Positions 32,547-41,639 of a stretch of DNA of 64,000 nucleotides are shown here, one piece after another. The stretch is from Polyangiaceae bacterium (GTDB taxonomy: Bacteria > Myxococcota_A > Polyangia > Polyangiales > Polyangiaceae). Under the pieces are notes generated by a model that did no database searches, was not told the DNA's origin, and saw only the letters and a list, made by a program, of their open reading frames with translations. How positions within the stretch are numbered: the first letter of the stretch is position 1; each line of letters begins with the position of its first letter. The stretch spans positions 3,008,001 through 3,072,000 of the forward strand of contig CBDCTZ010000016.1 in NCBI GenBank assembly GCA_965222375.1. The letters run 5' to 3'. Position numbers and translations under genes: made by a program.

Positions 32547-33167
32547 TCATAGGCTCCAGCCGACGGAGCCACCAATATCCCAAGCGTGGTGGAAGTCTTG
32601 GCTGTCGCTGACGCGCCGGGACCAGGTTTCGTTTTCGCTGCGCGAAACGGGAAGAATCAGGCCGGTCCGGATCATGATGTTGATGCCGCCGCCGTCGGTG
32701 GACCAACGCACGAGTTCAACGCTGACCGACTGAGTGAACGCCTGCACCCGCTCACGCGGGTCAAAGCCATCGTCGCTGCTGCCGCGCCATTGAGCTTCGA
32801 ACCCGACCCAGGGGCCGGCGTTGATTGTCCATCCGCCTTCGATGTCTCCGGAGTTTACCAAGGTCGGTGTCACGCCGAAGCGTGCGTAGACGAACGAGGT
32901 CGTGAAGTCTCCGCCACCCTTGACACCCAGTCCGGCTTCGCTCGCCCAGGTGCCATCGATCAAGACCGCGCCGCCCAACCCAAGGCCGATGTATTCCGTT
33001 CGCTCGTTGCCGTTGACCACCGAGAAGTTCTGAAAGGGCAACATGAAGCGCAGTGTTGGCGCGACGTCGGATCTCGGCGCTCTTATTTGAGCGCACAGTA
33101 CACTCGAAACACAGAACGCTGCGACACCCAGCAACCAACCTGCGGCCTGCGCTCGCATGGGGCGCAC
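32547..33167 (-). CDS. Exported protein, probable small outer-membrane beta-barrel
   Basis: Signal peptide; alternating Gly/aromatic strands; C-terminal SVGWSL. Confidence 0.65.
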   Translation of the reverse strand: MRPMRAQAAGWLLGVAAFCVSSVLCAQIRAPRSDVAPTLRFMLPFQNFSVVNGNERTEYIGLGLGGAVLIDGTWASEAGLGVKGGGDFTTSFVYARFGVTPTLVNSGDIEGGWTINAGPWVGFEAQWRGSSDDGFDPRERVQAFTQSVSVELVRWSTDGGGINIMIRTGLILPVSRSENETWSRRVSDSQDFHHAWDIGGSVGWSL

Positions 33168-33265
33168 TATACGTCGGAGTCAGGGGCCCCGCGCGCCAAG
33201 TTGGTTCCGCTCGTCGCGGGTGGGCACTTTGTCGGTCGCGTTGGCGTCGAGTTGCGTCGGAAGGC

Positions 33266-33943
33266 TCATCCGTCGCTCTTCTTTGCGGCGCACTTCAGGA
33301 ATTTGCCGCCGCCGCAGATGCAGTCGCAGGGGGGCTTGCCGGGGCAGTTTTCGTCGCACTCACAAAAGCAGTCTTCGGTGACGGCGCCGCAGTCCGGGCG
33401 CGCCGCGCATTCGCAGTAGTTGGAGATGATGTCGCAGGGGGGATTGGCCTGCGGCGCACAATGCACTTCGCCGTTTTCGCAGCGGCAGTTGCAGTCTGTG
33501 GTGTTCAGTGGGCCTTCGAATCCGTTGCAGGTGGCGCAGAGCAATTGTGGGCACGCTTGCAGCGCACCGAGCTCGGGCTTGCACTCCCAGCCATTCTTGC
33601 CGCACTTTTCTGCAGGGAGCGGTACGCCCCAACAGGTGCCCGGAGGGCAGTCCTCGGGGAGGATGGTGTTGACGGGGCACTTCCACTTGTCGTCCACGCA
33701 GGAAGCAGTTTCCGGGAACCAATCGCTGCCACAACCAGCGGCACACATCGGCGCAGATCCGGAACATCCTGTCGCGCCGCCCGAGCCACTTGTGCCACCT
33801 GTGCCGGCGTCAACGCCTCCGCTGCCACCGGAACTCGCGCCGCCGGTGCTGGTACTTCCCCCGGAGTTGGACCCATCCGCGTCCGTGGACCCGCCACAAC
33901 CGAGCAGCGCAACGGCGCAAAGAAACATGAAAACACGGCGCAT
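33266..33943 (-). CDS. Cys-rich lipoprotein
   Basis: Lipobox LLGC, Gly/Ser linker, dense Cys C-terminus. Confidence 0.8.
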   Translation of the reverse strand: MRRVFMFLCAVALLGCGGSTDADGSNSGGSTSTGGASSGGSGGVDAGTGGTSGSGGATGCSGSAPMCAAGCGSDWFPETASCVDDKWKCPVNTILPEDCPPGTCWGVPLPAEKCGKNGWECKPELGALQACPQLLCATCNGFEGPLNTTDCNCRCENGEVHCAPQANPPCDIISNYCECAARPDCGAVTEDCFCECDENCPGKPPCDCICGGGKFLKCAAKKSDG

Positions 33944-34001
33944 GATGCACGGCGATATTCAGGAAGCGTGCCAGAGCGGTGTCCGCTAGGCTGGCCGTCC
34001 G

Positions 34002-34904
34002 ATGAGCATCGAATTCGTCCGCACGCCCGACTCGCGATTTGCGAGCCTTCCCGACTTCGACTTCGCGCCGAACTACGCTGCCGACCTGCCCGGCTTTTCA
34101 GGACTACGTCTGCACTATCTCGACGAAGGCCCCAAAGACGCGAAACACACCTTCTTGTGCCTCCACGGCGAGCCCACCTGGGCCTATCTCTACCGCAAGA
34201 TGATCCCCGTGTTCCTCGAGGCGGGAGGCCGGGTGGTCGCGCCGGACTTCTTCGGCTTCGGGCGTTCGGATAAACCCGTCGAGGACGACGCCTACAGTTT
34301 CGCGTTTCATCGCAACACCCTGCTGCGTTTGATCGAGCATCTGAACCTGTCCGGCATGACGCTAGTGCACCAGGATTGGGGAGGCATTCTCGGCTTGACC
34401 CTGCCCATGGACATGCCCGAGCGCGTAAAGCGCATGATCGTGATGAACACCGCACTGACCACCGGCGAACTTCCTCCTAGTGACGGCTTCACGAGTTGGA
34501 AGGCCTACGTCGCGAGCACTCCGGATTTGAATGTGGGCGCGCTCATGAAGCGCGCTGTGCCGACGGGGCTCTCCGACGGCGAGGTTGCCGCATACGACGC
34601 GCCCTTCGTCGACGTTTCCTACAAGGCCGGAGTGCGCACTTTTCCTGAGCTGGTGCCAATTACCGAAGACATGGCAGGCGCGGATGTCTCCAAGCGCGCC
34701 CAGCAGTGGCTCGCGGAAAACTGGCGTGGCCAATCCTTCATGGCCGTGGGCGCCCTCGACCCGGTTCTCGGCCCGCCGGTCATGAACGGACTGCGAAAGC
34801 TGATCCCGGGTTGCCCGCCGGCCCTGGTGCTCGACAACGCGGGACATTTCGTGCAGGAGAGCGGCGACCGAGTCGCCCGGGCCGCGCTCGAAGCCTTCGG
34901 CTGA
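34002..34904 (+). CDS. Haloalkane dehalogenase (alpha/beta hydrolase, HLD-I-like)
   Basis: RTPDSRF, CLHGEPTWAYLYRKMIP, nucleophile QDWGG, catalytic His AGHFVQE. Confidence 0.9.
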   Translation: MSIEFVRTPDSRFASLPDFDFAPNYAADLPGFSGLRLHYLDEGPKDAKHTFLCLHGEPTWAYLYRKMIPVFLEAGGRVVAPDFFGFGRSDKPVEDDAYSFAFHRNTLLRLIEHLNLSGMTLVHQDWGGILGLTLPMDMPERVKRMIVMNTALTTGELPPSDGFTSWKAYVASTPDLNVGALMKRAVPTGLSDGEVAAYDAPFVDVSYKAGVRTFPELVPITEDMAGADVSKRAQQWLAENWRGQSFMAVGALDPVLGPPVMNGLRKLIPGCPPALVLDNAGHFVQESGDRVARAALEAFG

Positions 34905-35247
34905 GAGCCGCGCGACCGAGGCGTCACGTCACGCTGGACTTTCGCGGGCGCGCTTTCGCCGAGCATTCCTCAGGCGGACGCTCCGGCGTTTGCTTCGTGG
35001 AGAAAAGTCCGCTGCGCAGCTGGCGCCCCGCTGGTGAGCTTGGCTGACGAGTATGCCCAAGGTCTGCGTGGGCTGGGTGCGGGAGGCACGGAGACGGAGC
35101 CGTGGGGGCCAAGGCAGCTCTGTTGCAAACCAAAATCCTCCTTCCAACCCTGCTGTGTGCAGTGTGTGTGGAGAAAGCGTGGAGACGGAATCAGAAGGCC
35201 AATACTGGCGTTAGTGTCCCCGTCCATCAGCGGGTGGAGGATGAGGC

Positions 35248-36726
35248 ATGCGGCGTTTTTTCGCGATATTGGTGATTTGGTTGGGGGCGGCGGCGGCCTG
35301 GATGGTGCTTGGGTCGACGCTTTTGGTTCGGTCCGGGGATGTCAGTCGCGGACTCGAGAGCGAGGTGCACCAGCTGTGGGGAGCGCCCATCGAGCAACGC
35401 CCGCCCACGGGCGTGCTGATCGCGCCGACCCCCGAGCTGGTCGTGGGCGACGCCACGGCGAAGACCGGCGTGGCACAGCCGAATAGTCGTGAAAAGGTGG
35501 CGGGCGCACCTGCCGAACCGAACGGGCCGCAGGGCAAAGCGCCGAAAACTGCAGCTGGCGTCGGCGCGGCGGAGCAGGTGACCGCCACGGATACGTCGGG
35601 ATCCGACAGGCCCGCGCAAGACGCTCCAGTCGAATCCGCGACGGATCCAAACACGCAGCCCTCCGCGCCGCCGAACTCGACCCCGGCGCGGCTCAACGCA
35701 TCGAAGCTGGATGTTGAGTTGCACTTGGAGCACCGCAAGAAGGGCCTGATCTGGTTTCCGACCTACACCGTGGATTTCGGGGGAACCTACAGCTTCGAAA
35801 ATCCCGAGAGCGAGAGCCGGGAGCTGGCGGTGACCTTGCCGCTGCAAAAGACGAACGCGCTGTACGAGGGATTCGAAGTACTGGCAGACGGCAAGCCGAT
35901 CCGCGCCGAAGTGCAAAACGGCCAGGCGGTGTTCCGGGACAAGCTGGCTGCGAAGCAAACCAAGAAGTACACGGTCCGCTATCGCTCCCGTGGCACCGAG
36001 CGCTGGAACTACCACTTGACCGCAGGCACCGGGCGCGTGGATGGCTTCGAGCTGAACCTGAAGACGGACTTCGCAGACGTCGACTTCCCGAGCGGAACCC
36101 TGTCACCCTCGGAACATCAAGCCACGGCGGACGGCTGGCAGGGCAAATGGAAGTTCTCCAGCCTGGTTGCCAGTACGCCCATTGGCATCGCGATGCCGCA
36201 ATTGCTCAACCCGGGACCGCTGGCCTCGCGCATCACGTTCTTTGCGCCCCTGTCGCTGTTGTTCTTCTTCTTCGTGGTCGCAATCCTCGCCACGTCGCAA
36301 AAGCGAGAGCTGCACCCGTTGCACTACTTCTTCCTGAGCTGCGCGTTCTTCGCGTTTCACTTGTTGTTCTCCTACATGGTGGACCACGTTGCGGTGGGGC
36401 CGGCCTTTGCCATCAGTGCGGGGGTCAGTGTGCTCTTGGTCGTGAGCTATGCGCGCCTCTTCGTGGGCTGGAAGTTCGCGTTGCGAGAAATGGGCCTGGC
36501 GCAGCTGATCTACCTAGTGCTGTTTTCCTTCACCTTCTTTTTCGATGGCTACACGGGGCTCTCGGTCACCGTGGGCGCCATCGTGACGCTGTTCTTGGTG
36601 ATGCAGATCACCGGACGCAAGAGTTGGCGAGAGCTACTCGGTGAACAGGAAGCACCCGCGCCCAAATGCGCGGCACCCTATCGTTGCGGCGTGCCGGCTC
36701 TGGAACAAGCCGACCCCGCCGAGTGA
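35248..36726 (+). CDS. CreD-like inner membrane protein
   Basis: N-terminal TM, periplasmic domain, LHPLHY motif, C-terminal TM bundle. Confidence 0.7.
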   Translation: MRRFFAILVIWLGAAAAWMVLGSTLLVRSGDVSRGLESEVHQLWGAPIEQRPPTGVLIAPTPELVVGDATAKTGVAQPNSREKVAGAPAEPNGPQGKAPKTAAGVGAAEQVTATDTSGSDRPAQDAPVESATDPNTQPSAPPNSTPARLNASKLDVELHLEHRKKGLIWFPTYTVDFGGTYSFENPESESRELAVTLPLQKTNALYEGFEVLADGKPIRAEVQNGQAVFRDKLAAKQTKKYTVRYRSRGTERWNYHLTAGTGRVDGFELNLKTDFADVDFPSGTLSPSEHQATADGWQGKWKFSSLVASTPIGIAMPQLLNPGPLASRITFFAPLSLLFFFFVVAILATSQKRELHPLHYFFLSCAFFAFHLLFSYMVDHVAVGPAFAISAGVSVLLVVSYARLFVGWKFALREMGLAQLIYLVLFSFTFFFDGYTGLSVTVGAIVTLFLVMQITGRKSWRELLGEQEAPAPKCAAPYRCGVPALEQADPAE

Positions 36727-36889
36727 TGCCGCGCCAGGGGCGCCCCGAGCTGGGAGGCCAGCGGCGCTCGCAGCTGCAAGGCGCGGCGAGTCACGTCCGT
36801 GGGCCGGCCCGCTGGGACGCGCGGGCCGCGGTCCCCGTGAACCACTCGCCGCCTTCGCTCGCGACGCGTGCGGAAGTCGCCCCTGGTCC

Positions 36890-37212
36890 ATCGCGCCGCA
36901 AACACGCCGCCCCCAAGCATTCCCGCAGGCTGATAAAGGAAGCCGCGGGCTTGCACAAGGTGCACACACAAGAATCCCAGGGCGGGTGGGCAACTTGTTC
37001 GGCACACTGCAGATGTCAGTTGCGCGAAATGTGTACGGAGACCCTCCCTCGGGCGGGTACATCTTGTCGGGCAACCGCGATGCTGAGTTGCGGAGATTCG
37101 CGCCGGCGACGGGCGCCGTGCCGAATGCTAGGGGCTACGGTGCGGGCGGGCCTTTAAGGGCCCGCCACATCTGCACCTCCGCCGGGTGCGCCGGCGCAGC
37201 CACTGTCAGCGC
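36890..37212 (+). repeat. Left copy of long imperfect inverted repeat (candidate structured ncRNA or element end)
   Basis: Core 36952-37211 aligns to the reverse complement of 39198-39454 at roughly 80% by eye; exact 19-mer CGCGATGCTGAGTTGCGGA at 37076-94 / 39314-32. Confidence 0.88.
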
Positions 37213-37418
37213 AAGAGCGTTCCAGTAGCAGGGCGCGGTACTTTGCTCGCGTTGCAGCTCTTGGTACCGGGCGCACGGAGTCTGCCAATCTCGAGGGCGG
37301 CTGTGACGTTTGCTACGAGTTCCGTTTCCCCGATCTGAAGATCCCTCCCTGCAGTTCGGCGTCTGCTCGAAGCACCCGATGGATGTTGCTCCGCGCTGGT
37401 CATGCTGCAAACCCCTGG

Positions 37419-38891
37419 CTAGGGGACCAGCATTGTGAGAGCTTGACGCAAAAGGGTCACGAAGTGCCCGTCGCCACAGCTGCCTCGGTCACTCTGCCAC
37501 GCCAGCGCAGCAGCGGCCTTCTTTGACTCGCGTCGTCGAAAGCCCATGTTTGTCAGAGCGCTAAGGAGCTTGGATTCAATCTCGGCCGAGTCCGCACGAA
37601 CTCGGCTCGGCGCGTCGCGCGGGTATTCGTCAGCGTCACTTGGGCGAGAGTTCAGCCCGTTGATTGACGCGGCCGGGTCAATATCTCCTTTCACACGGGT
37701 CTGTTCAGGCATGCGCCCCGATTCGTCGACCAACCTCTGCTGGCGAAGGCGAATTCCAGCCTCCATGGACTTCCGTGCGTCCGCCTCCGCGACGCCTGCA
37801 GCGCTATCGTCAAGCGCACGCCGCGATTCGCTGTTCAACTTTCGCTGGCGAAGGCGAATTCTACTGTCGATGTACTCTCGTCCGAACACCTTCTCGGCTT
37901 CGAACAAGTTGTGTGCGCGGCATAGCAGACGTCCGTTGTCAGTTGTGCCAGCGCCACCACAGGCGCGTGGATTGTCATGGTCGAGCTGCACGAAAGCGCG
38001 CGCTTGGCAGCGTTCTCCGCTCGGTGATGTGTATGTGCACTGCTCGCCATCGCGCTCGTAGATTTCCCTGCGGGATTGGCGAGAGAAGTCACCGTGCTTG
38101 GTACCACGCGAGCGTCGCGGTTTGTCGGTCTTGCCGAACCTCTTCTTCTCCAGATCTGCCAGCAGCAGGTCGAGTCCTCGCTCGATGACCGTTGCCAGAT
38201 CCCGTTTCGGATTCGAGTGACTCATCAAGTCGAGGGCGCGCTCGAGCTTGTCCCTGATTGCTGTGCCGCCCGAAAACTGGATGTGAAAGCGTTGTGAGGA
38301 TAGGGGAGCTACGCGGGGCCCGGGCTCATGCGGGGAAACGGCCGCCTGTCCCGGGCCCGCTGCATCCGATTGGCCCGTAGCCGGACTACCTGATTGGCTC
38401 ATGGCTGCACCCTCGCCACCGACCCGAGCTTGGACGGGCATCGGGCAGACCGCGTCTGCCACATCAGGCTTGGGGAAGCGCGAACGGATCAGAAACTCGA
38501 CTTCCGCTTTGCTCCTGTCGCAGGACTCGGCGATTAGCTCCGCGTGGTTGTCGACCGTGAGGTACGTCTGCAGCATGCTGAGCGCCGTGACGTGGATCCG
38601 CCCCTCTCGCAGCAGGTCCAGGACAATCGGATAGCTGCGTGCAATCCGAGCCGCTGCAATGTGCCGATGAGCGCTGCCCTCGCTGAGCTTCAGCTTGCGG
38701 CAGCAGAACTCGTACATGGAGGAACACGCCTCCCTCAGCTCCAACCGCCGCGCTTCCACCTCGCCGAGGTAAGCCACAAGCTCCGCGGTGATCTTACGCC
38801 GGGATCCAATCACGCTGCCTAGATTCGCCAGGACTTGGTCGTCCGAGAGATGAGCCATGCGTTTCGAAATACCCGGTGACGTGAGTTTCAT
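37419..38891 (-). CDS. DUF222-like/HNH endonuclease with RuvA-C-like C-terminal helical domain
   Basis: LSDDQVL..TAELVAYLGEVEARRL..CSSMYEFC N-terminus; YERDGEQC..RC..QLDH..GG..NGRLLCRAHN HNH; SALTNMGFRRRES..LLRQAL tail. Confidence 0.85.
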   Translation of the reverse strand: MKLTSPGISKRMAHLSDDQVLANLGSVIGSRRKITAELVAYLGEVEARRLELREACSSMYEFCCRKLKLSEGSAHRHIAAARIARSYPIVLDLLREGRIHVTALSMLQTYLTVDNHAELIAESCDRSKAEVEFLIRSRFPKPDVADAVCPMPVQARVGGEGAAMSQSGSPATGQSDAAGPGQAAVSPHEPGPRVAPLSSQRFHIQFSGGTAIRDKLERALDLMSHSNPKRDLATVIERGLDLLLADLEKKRFGKTDKPRRSRGTKHGDFSRQSRREIYERDGEQCTYTSPSGERCQARAFVQLDHDNPRACGGAGTTDNGRLLCRAHNLFEAEKVFGREYIDSRIRLRQRKLNSESRRALDDSAAGVAEADARKSMEAGIRLRQQRLVDESGRMPEQTRVKGDIDPAASINGLNSRPSDADEYPRDAPSRVRADSAEIESKLLSALTNMGFRRRESKKAAAALAWQSDRGSCGDGHFVTLLRQALTMLVP

Positions 38892-39195
38892 GCTTCCTGC
38901 CTAACACGCGATTTTTGGGCTTCTCAGCTGCCCCGCTGCGTGACGATCGCGCTGCAAATCGCCACGCGTGCCATCTCGATGCTGGAACGGCGCTGACGTG
39001 TCACACGCGCGCGGCATACCCGTACAAATCGCTGAGCTCGCGTTTCACGCGCGGGCGCACGCGAAAACCTGTCAACAAGTTTCTTTAGAAATTTGCGAGG
39101 CGAGTCGCGCAACCACCGATGCAAATCGGTGCACAACCGAGAGCACGTTTGAGGCACACCGAGCGTCAAGCACCGCTAGTCGCATTCGGTGCTCA

Positions 39196-39510
39196 TCCGC
39201 TGACGCCCATGGCGCCGGCGCCCCGGCGGAGGTGCGGACGTGGCGGGCCCCCCAAAGGCCCGCCCGCACCGAAGCCCCAGCAGCCGAAACGACGCCGTTC
39301 GCCGGCGCGTTTTTCCGCAACTCAGCATCGCGATCGCCCGACAAGTTGTCCCACCCGGGGTGGGCCTCCGTACAAAAAATCGAGCAACTGAATCTACAGT
39401 GGGCCGACCAAGTTGCCCTCCCACCCAGGGATTCTTGTGGCAGCAGTTTGTGCATGCTCGCATCTCCCTATCAGCCACCCGTGATGCGGGGGCGCGTTGG
39501 CCGCCATGGG
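39196..39510 (-). repeat. Right copy of long imperfect inverted repeat, upstream of and co-oriented with the HNH gene
   Basis: Reverse complement aligns to 36890-37212; exact CGGTGCGGGCGGGCCTTT at 37138-55 / 39254-71. Confidence 0.88.
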
Positions 39511-39663
39511 TCAGGGCTCGGGCGCCCGCGTCTCCGAGCGCCCCGCGCAGCCCACGACTCCGCCCGCGTGCCCCAGGGCGCCCGCGATTCCGAGCCTCAC
39601 CCGAAGCCCACCTCCTCCGCTGTCAAGGGCGCGGATCTTTTTCGCCGTCCCGTGCCTCGAGAG

Positions 39664-39699
39664 TTATATGCATAGTACATATATGTGATATGCATATAA
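39664..39699. promoter_or_regulatory. AT-rich palindrome of two overlapping TATATG-N7-CATATA sites; probable NrtR autoregulatory operator
   Basis: Sites at 39665-39683 and 39680-39698, directly before the nrtR GTG (39701). Confidence 0.7.
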
Positions 39700-39700
39700 G

Positions 39701-40438
39701 GTGACTAGCGAAAAAGAGTCCCTCCAGAGTTACGATCCGTCGGTTCTTGATGCCCTTTCGGTCGCCGTGGACGTGGTATTGCTCAGCGTCAGTGAAGGCG
39801 CGCTGCACGCGCTGGTCCTGAAGCGAGATCAGCATCCCAGTCGTGGGAAGTGGGCGCTGCCGGGGGGCTTCGTGCAAAAACGGGAATCCTTGGACGCGGC
39901 GGCGGAGCGCGTTTTGCGCCGCAAGGCGGGGCTCTCGGATGTTTTTCTGGAGCAGTTTTACACCTTTGGGGCGCCGAATCGGGATCCCCGCACGCGGGTG
40001 ATTTCCGTCGCGTACTACGCGCTGGTGGACATCAAGCGCTTCGAGCAAGCGCACGACCAGAGCGCGGACGTGATCGCGGCGAAGATCCGGGTGCCGTGGG
40101 AGGGCGAGCGAGGTGGTGCCGTCCAGCTCTTCGGTGAACGCGGAAGCAAACTCGCGGTCGCCTTTGACCACGCGGAGATCATCGGCGCGGCGGTCAAGCG
40201 AGTGCGTGGCAAGCTCGGCTATGCGCCGATCGGATTCGAGTTCCTACCCAAGCGCTTCACCTTGTTCGATCTGCGCCAGGTGCACGAAGCCGTGCTGGGG
40301 CGCTCCCTGAACAAGGACTCCTTTCGTCGCAGCGTGCTCTCATCAGGTTTGGTTCGCGCCACCGGGAAGCGTGAGCAAGACGTGGATCATCGCCCCGCGG
40401 AGCTGTTCCGCTTTCATCGCAGGGAAGGGCGCGCATGA
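39701..40438 (+). CDS. nrtR: Nudix-related transcriptional regulator NrtR (Nudix plus wHTH)
   Basis: WALPGGFV, LEQFYTFGAPNRDPRTRVISVAY, AFDH, FTLFDLRQVHE..NKDSFRR..RPAELF. Confidence 0.9.
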   Translation: MTSEKESLQSYDPSVLDALSVAVDVVLLSVSEGALHALVLKRDQHPSRGKWALPGGFVQKRESLDAAAERVLRRKAGLSDVFLEQFYTFGAPNRDPRTRVISVAYYALVDIKRFEQAHDQSADVIAAKIRVPWEGERGGAVQLFGERGSKLAVAFDHAEIIGAAVKRVRGKLGYAPIGFEFLPKRFTLFDLRQVHEAVLGRSLNKDSFRRSVLSSGLVRATGKREQDVDHRPAELFRFHRREGRA

Positions 40439-40670
40439 AGCTCTCGCTCACGGATGCAAAACCGTGGTGGGAGCCGGTGCGCTACAGGACTGGTTCACTC
40501 GTGCCCGACGGCGACGGCAACCAGGGTGCAAAACAAGCCCGAATCTCGGTGCGGTCATGAAATGGCGATGGTGGTCACGACGTGAACGTGCAGCGGGGCA
40601 GTGCCGCAGTGGACTGCGTATCTATCTGGGCACCACGGCAGCCCGGCGCCGCGCGAATGCCGTCGTGCTG

Positions 40671-41639
40671 CTACCACTTGACGTTCACACTGGGCGGCTG
40701 GATCTCGGCGTCTGCCTGGGCCAGCTCGACCACCACCTTCGCGGTCGTGGAGCCATGCTTCATCTTGTCCAGATCGACGCCGGGTACTTTGCGCAAATTG
40801 ACCCGAGGCACAATTTGATCGGCTCGCAAGGCTCGCACGACCTCCGGGGGCCCGATCACCGTGACGTCCACGGTTCGCGGCGAGGCGATGCCGCCCTGAA
40901 TACCAAGCACTTCCACGGGACGCTTGGGAAAGCGTGCTTCACTCACGCGCCTGGCGATTACCACGCTGACCGTCGCCGTTTTCGGGCCTAGGTAGCTCAT
41001 CCGGTTTGGAGGGGCATCGATGGCGATGGGGCGCCGATACACACCCTTGGTCAGCCCCGAAACGTCGAAAGCCGCGAGGCGTACGAACTGCATCGTCTCG
41101 ACCAGGCTTTGGGGGCCGCGCACAGTCATCTTCTTCGGGTCGACTTCTGGCTCGCCCTTGACCACGTAGCCCGCAGCGGTCTTGCCGGTGATGGAGGCCT
41201 GGACGGGGATGAGACGCGTCACCACGTCTTGCCATTCCAGCTCGATGCTGGGCGGGTCCACGATGGTCAGCTCGACCTCAGGTGGTAGCGAGAACATGCC
41301 GGGTTCGAAAACCACGTTGGTCTTCTGGCCATCTCGAAGGTCGAGTTCCACCGGTGCGACTCCGGCTTGGATCAGTCGATCGATGGCGCGAGTGGAACCG
41401 CGAAGCGTCACGTGAATGCTGACTGGGGGAGGCGTCATCAATTCACGCTTCTCTGCGTCCAGGGGCATGCGCATCACGACGCCGACGGGAATGGTGCGCT
41501 GCTGTCTGTCCTCTTGCCCTCGCTGGTAGGCGAACAGCCCGAGAGCGAAGGTGAAGGCCAAGGCCTTGAGGCCCAGGTTGGACGTGAAGGCGTCCCGGAA
41601 CCAACTTACGATCCACGCCGGTATGTCGGCGATCTTCAC
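40671..41639 (-). CDS. cdaR: YbbR-domain diadenylate cyclase regulator CdaR
   Basis: NLGLKALA TM anchor, repeated VTLRG/VTVRGP YbbR modules; overlaps the cdaA stop. Confidence 0.85.
   Translation of the reverse strand: MKIADIPAWIVSWFRDAFTSNLGLKALAFTFALGLFAYQRGQEDRQQRTIPVGVVMRMPLDAEKRELMTPPPVSIHVTLRGSTRAIDRLIQAGVAPVELDLRDGQKTNVVFEPGMFSLPPEVELTIVDPPSIELEWQDVVTRLIPVQASITGKTAAGYVVKGEPEVDPKKMTVRGPQSLVETMQFVRLAAFDVSGLTKGVYRRPIAIDAPPNRMSYLGPKTATVSVVIARRVSEARFPKRPVEVLGIQGGIASPRTVDVTVIGPPEVVRALRADQIVPRVNLRKVPGVDLDKMKHGSTTAKVVVELAQADAEIQPPSVNVKW

Noticed and set aside
37419..38891. IscB/HEARO (OMEGA) or Cas9-like identity for the HNH gene
   Set aside because: No PLMP N-terminus or split RuvC motifs seen; only a DUF222-like region plus HNH
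39072..39455. Small protein encoded by the inverted repeat
   Set aside because: The other copy carries frame-breaking indels, so conservation is not at the protein level
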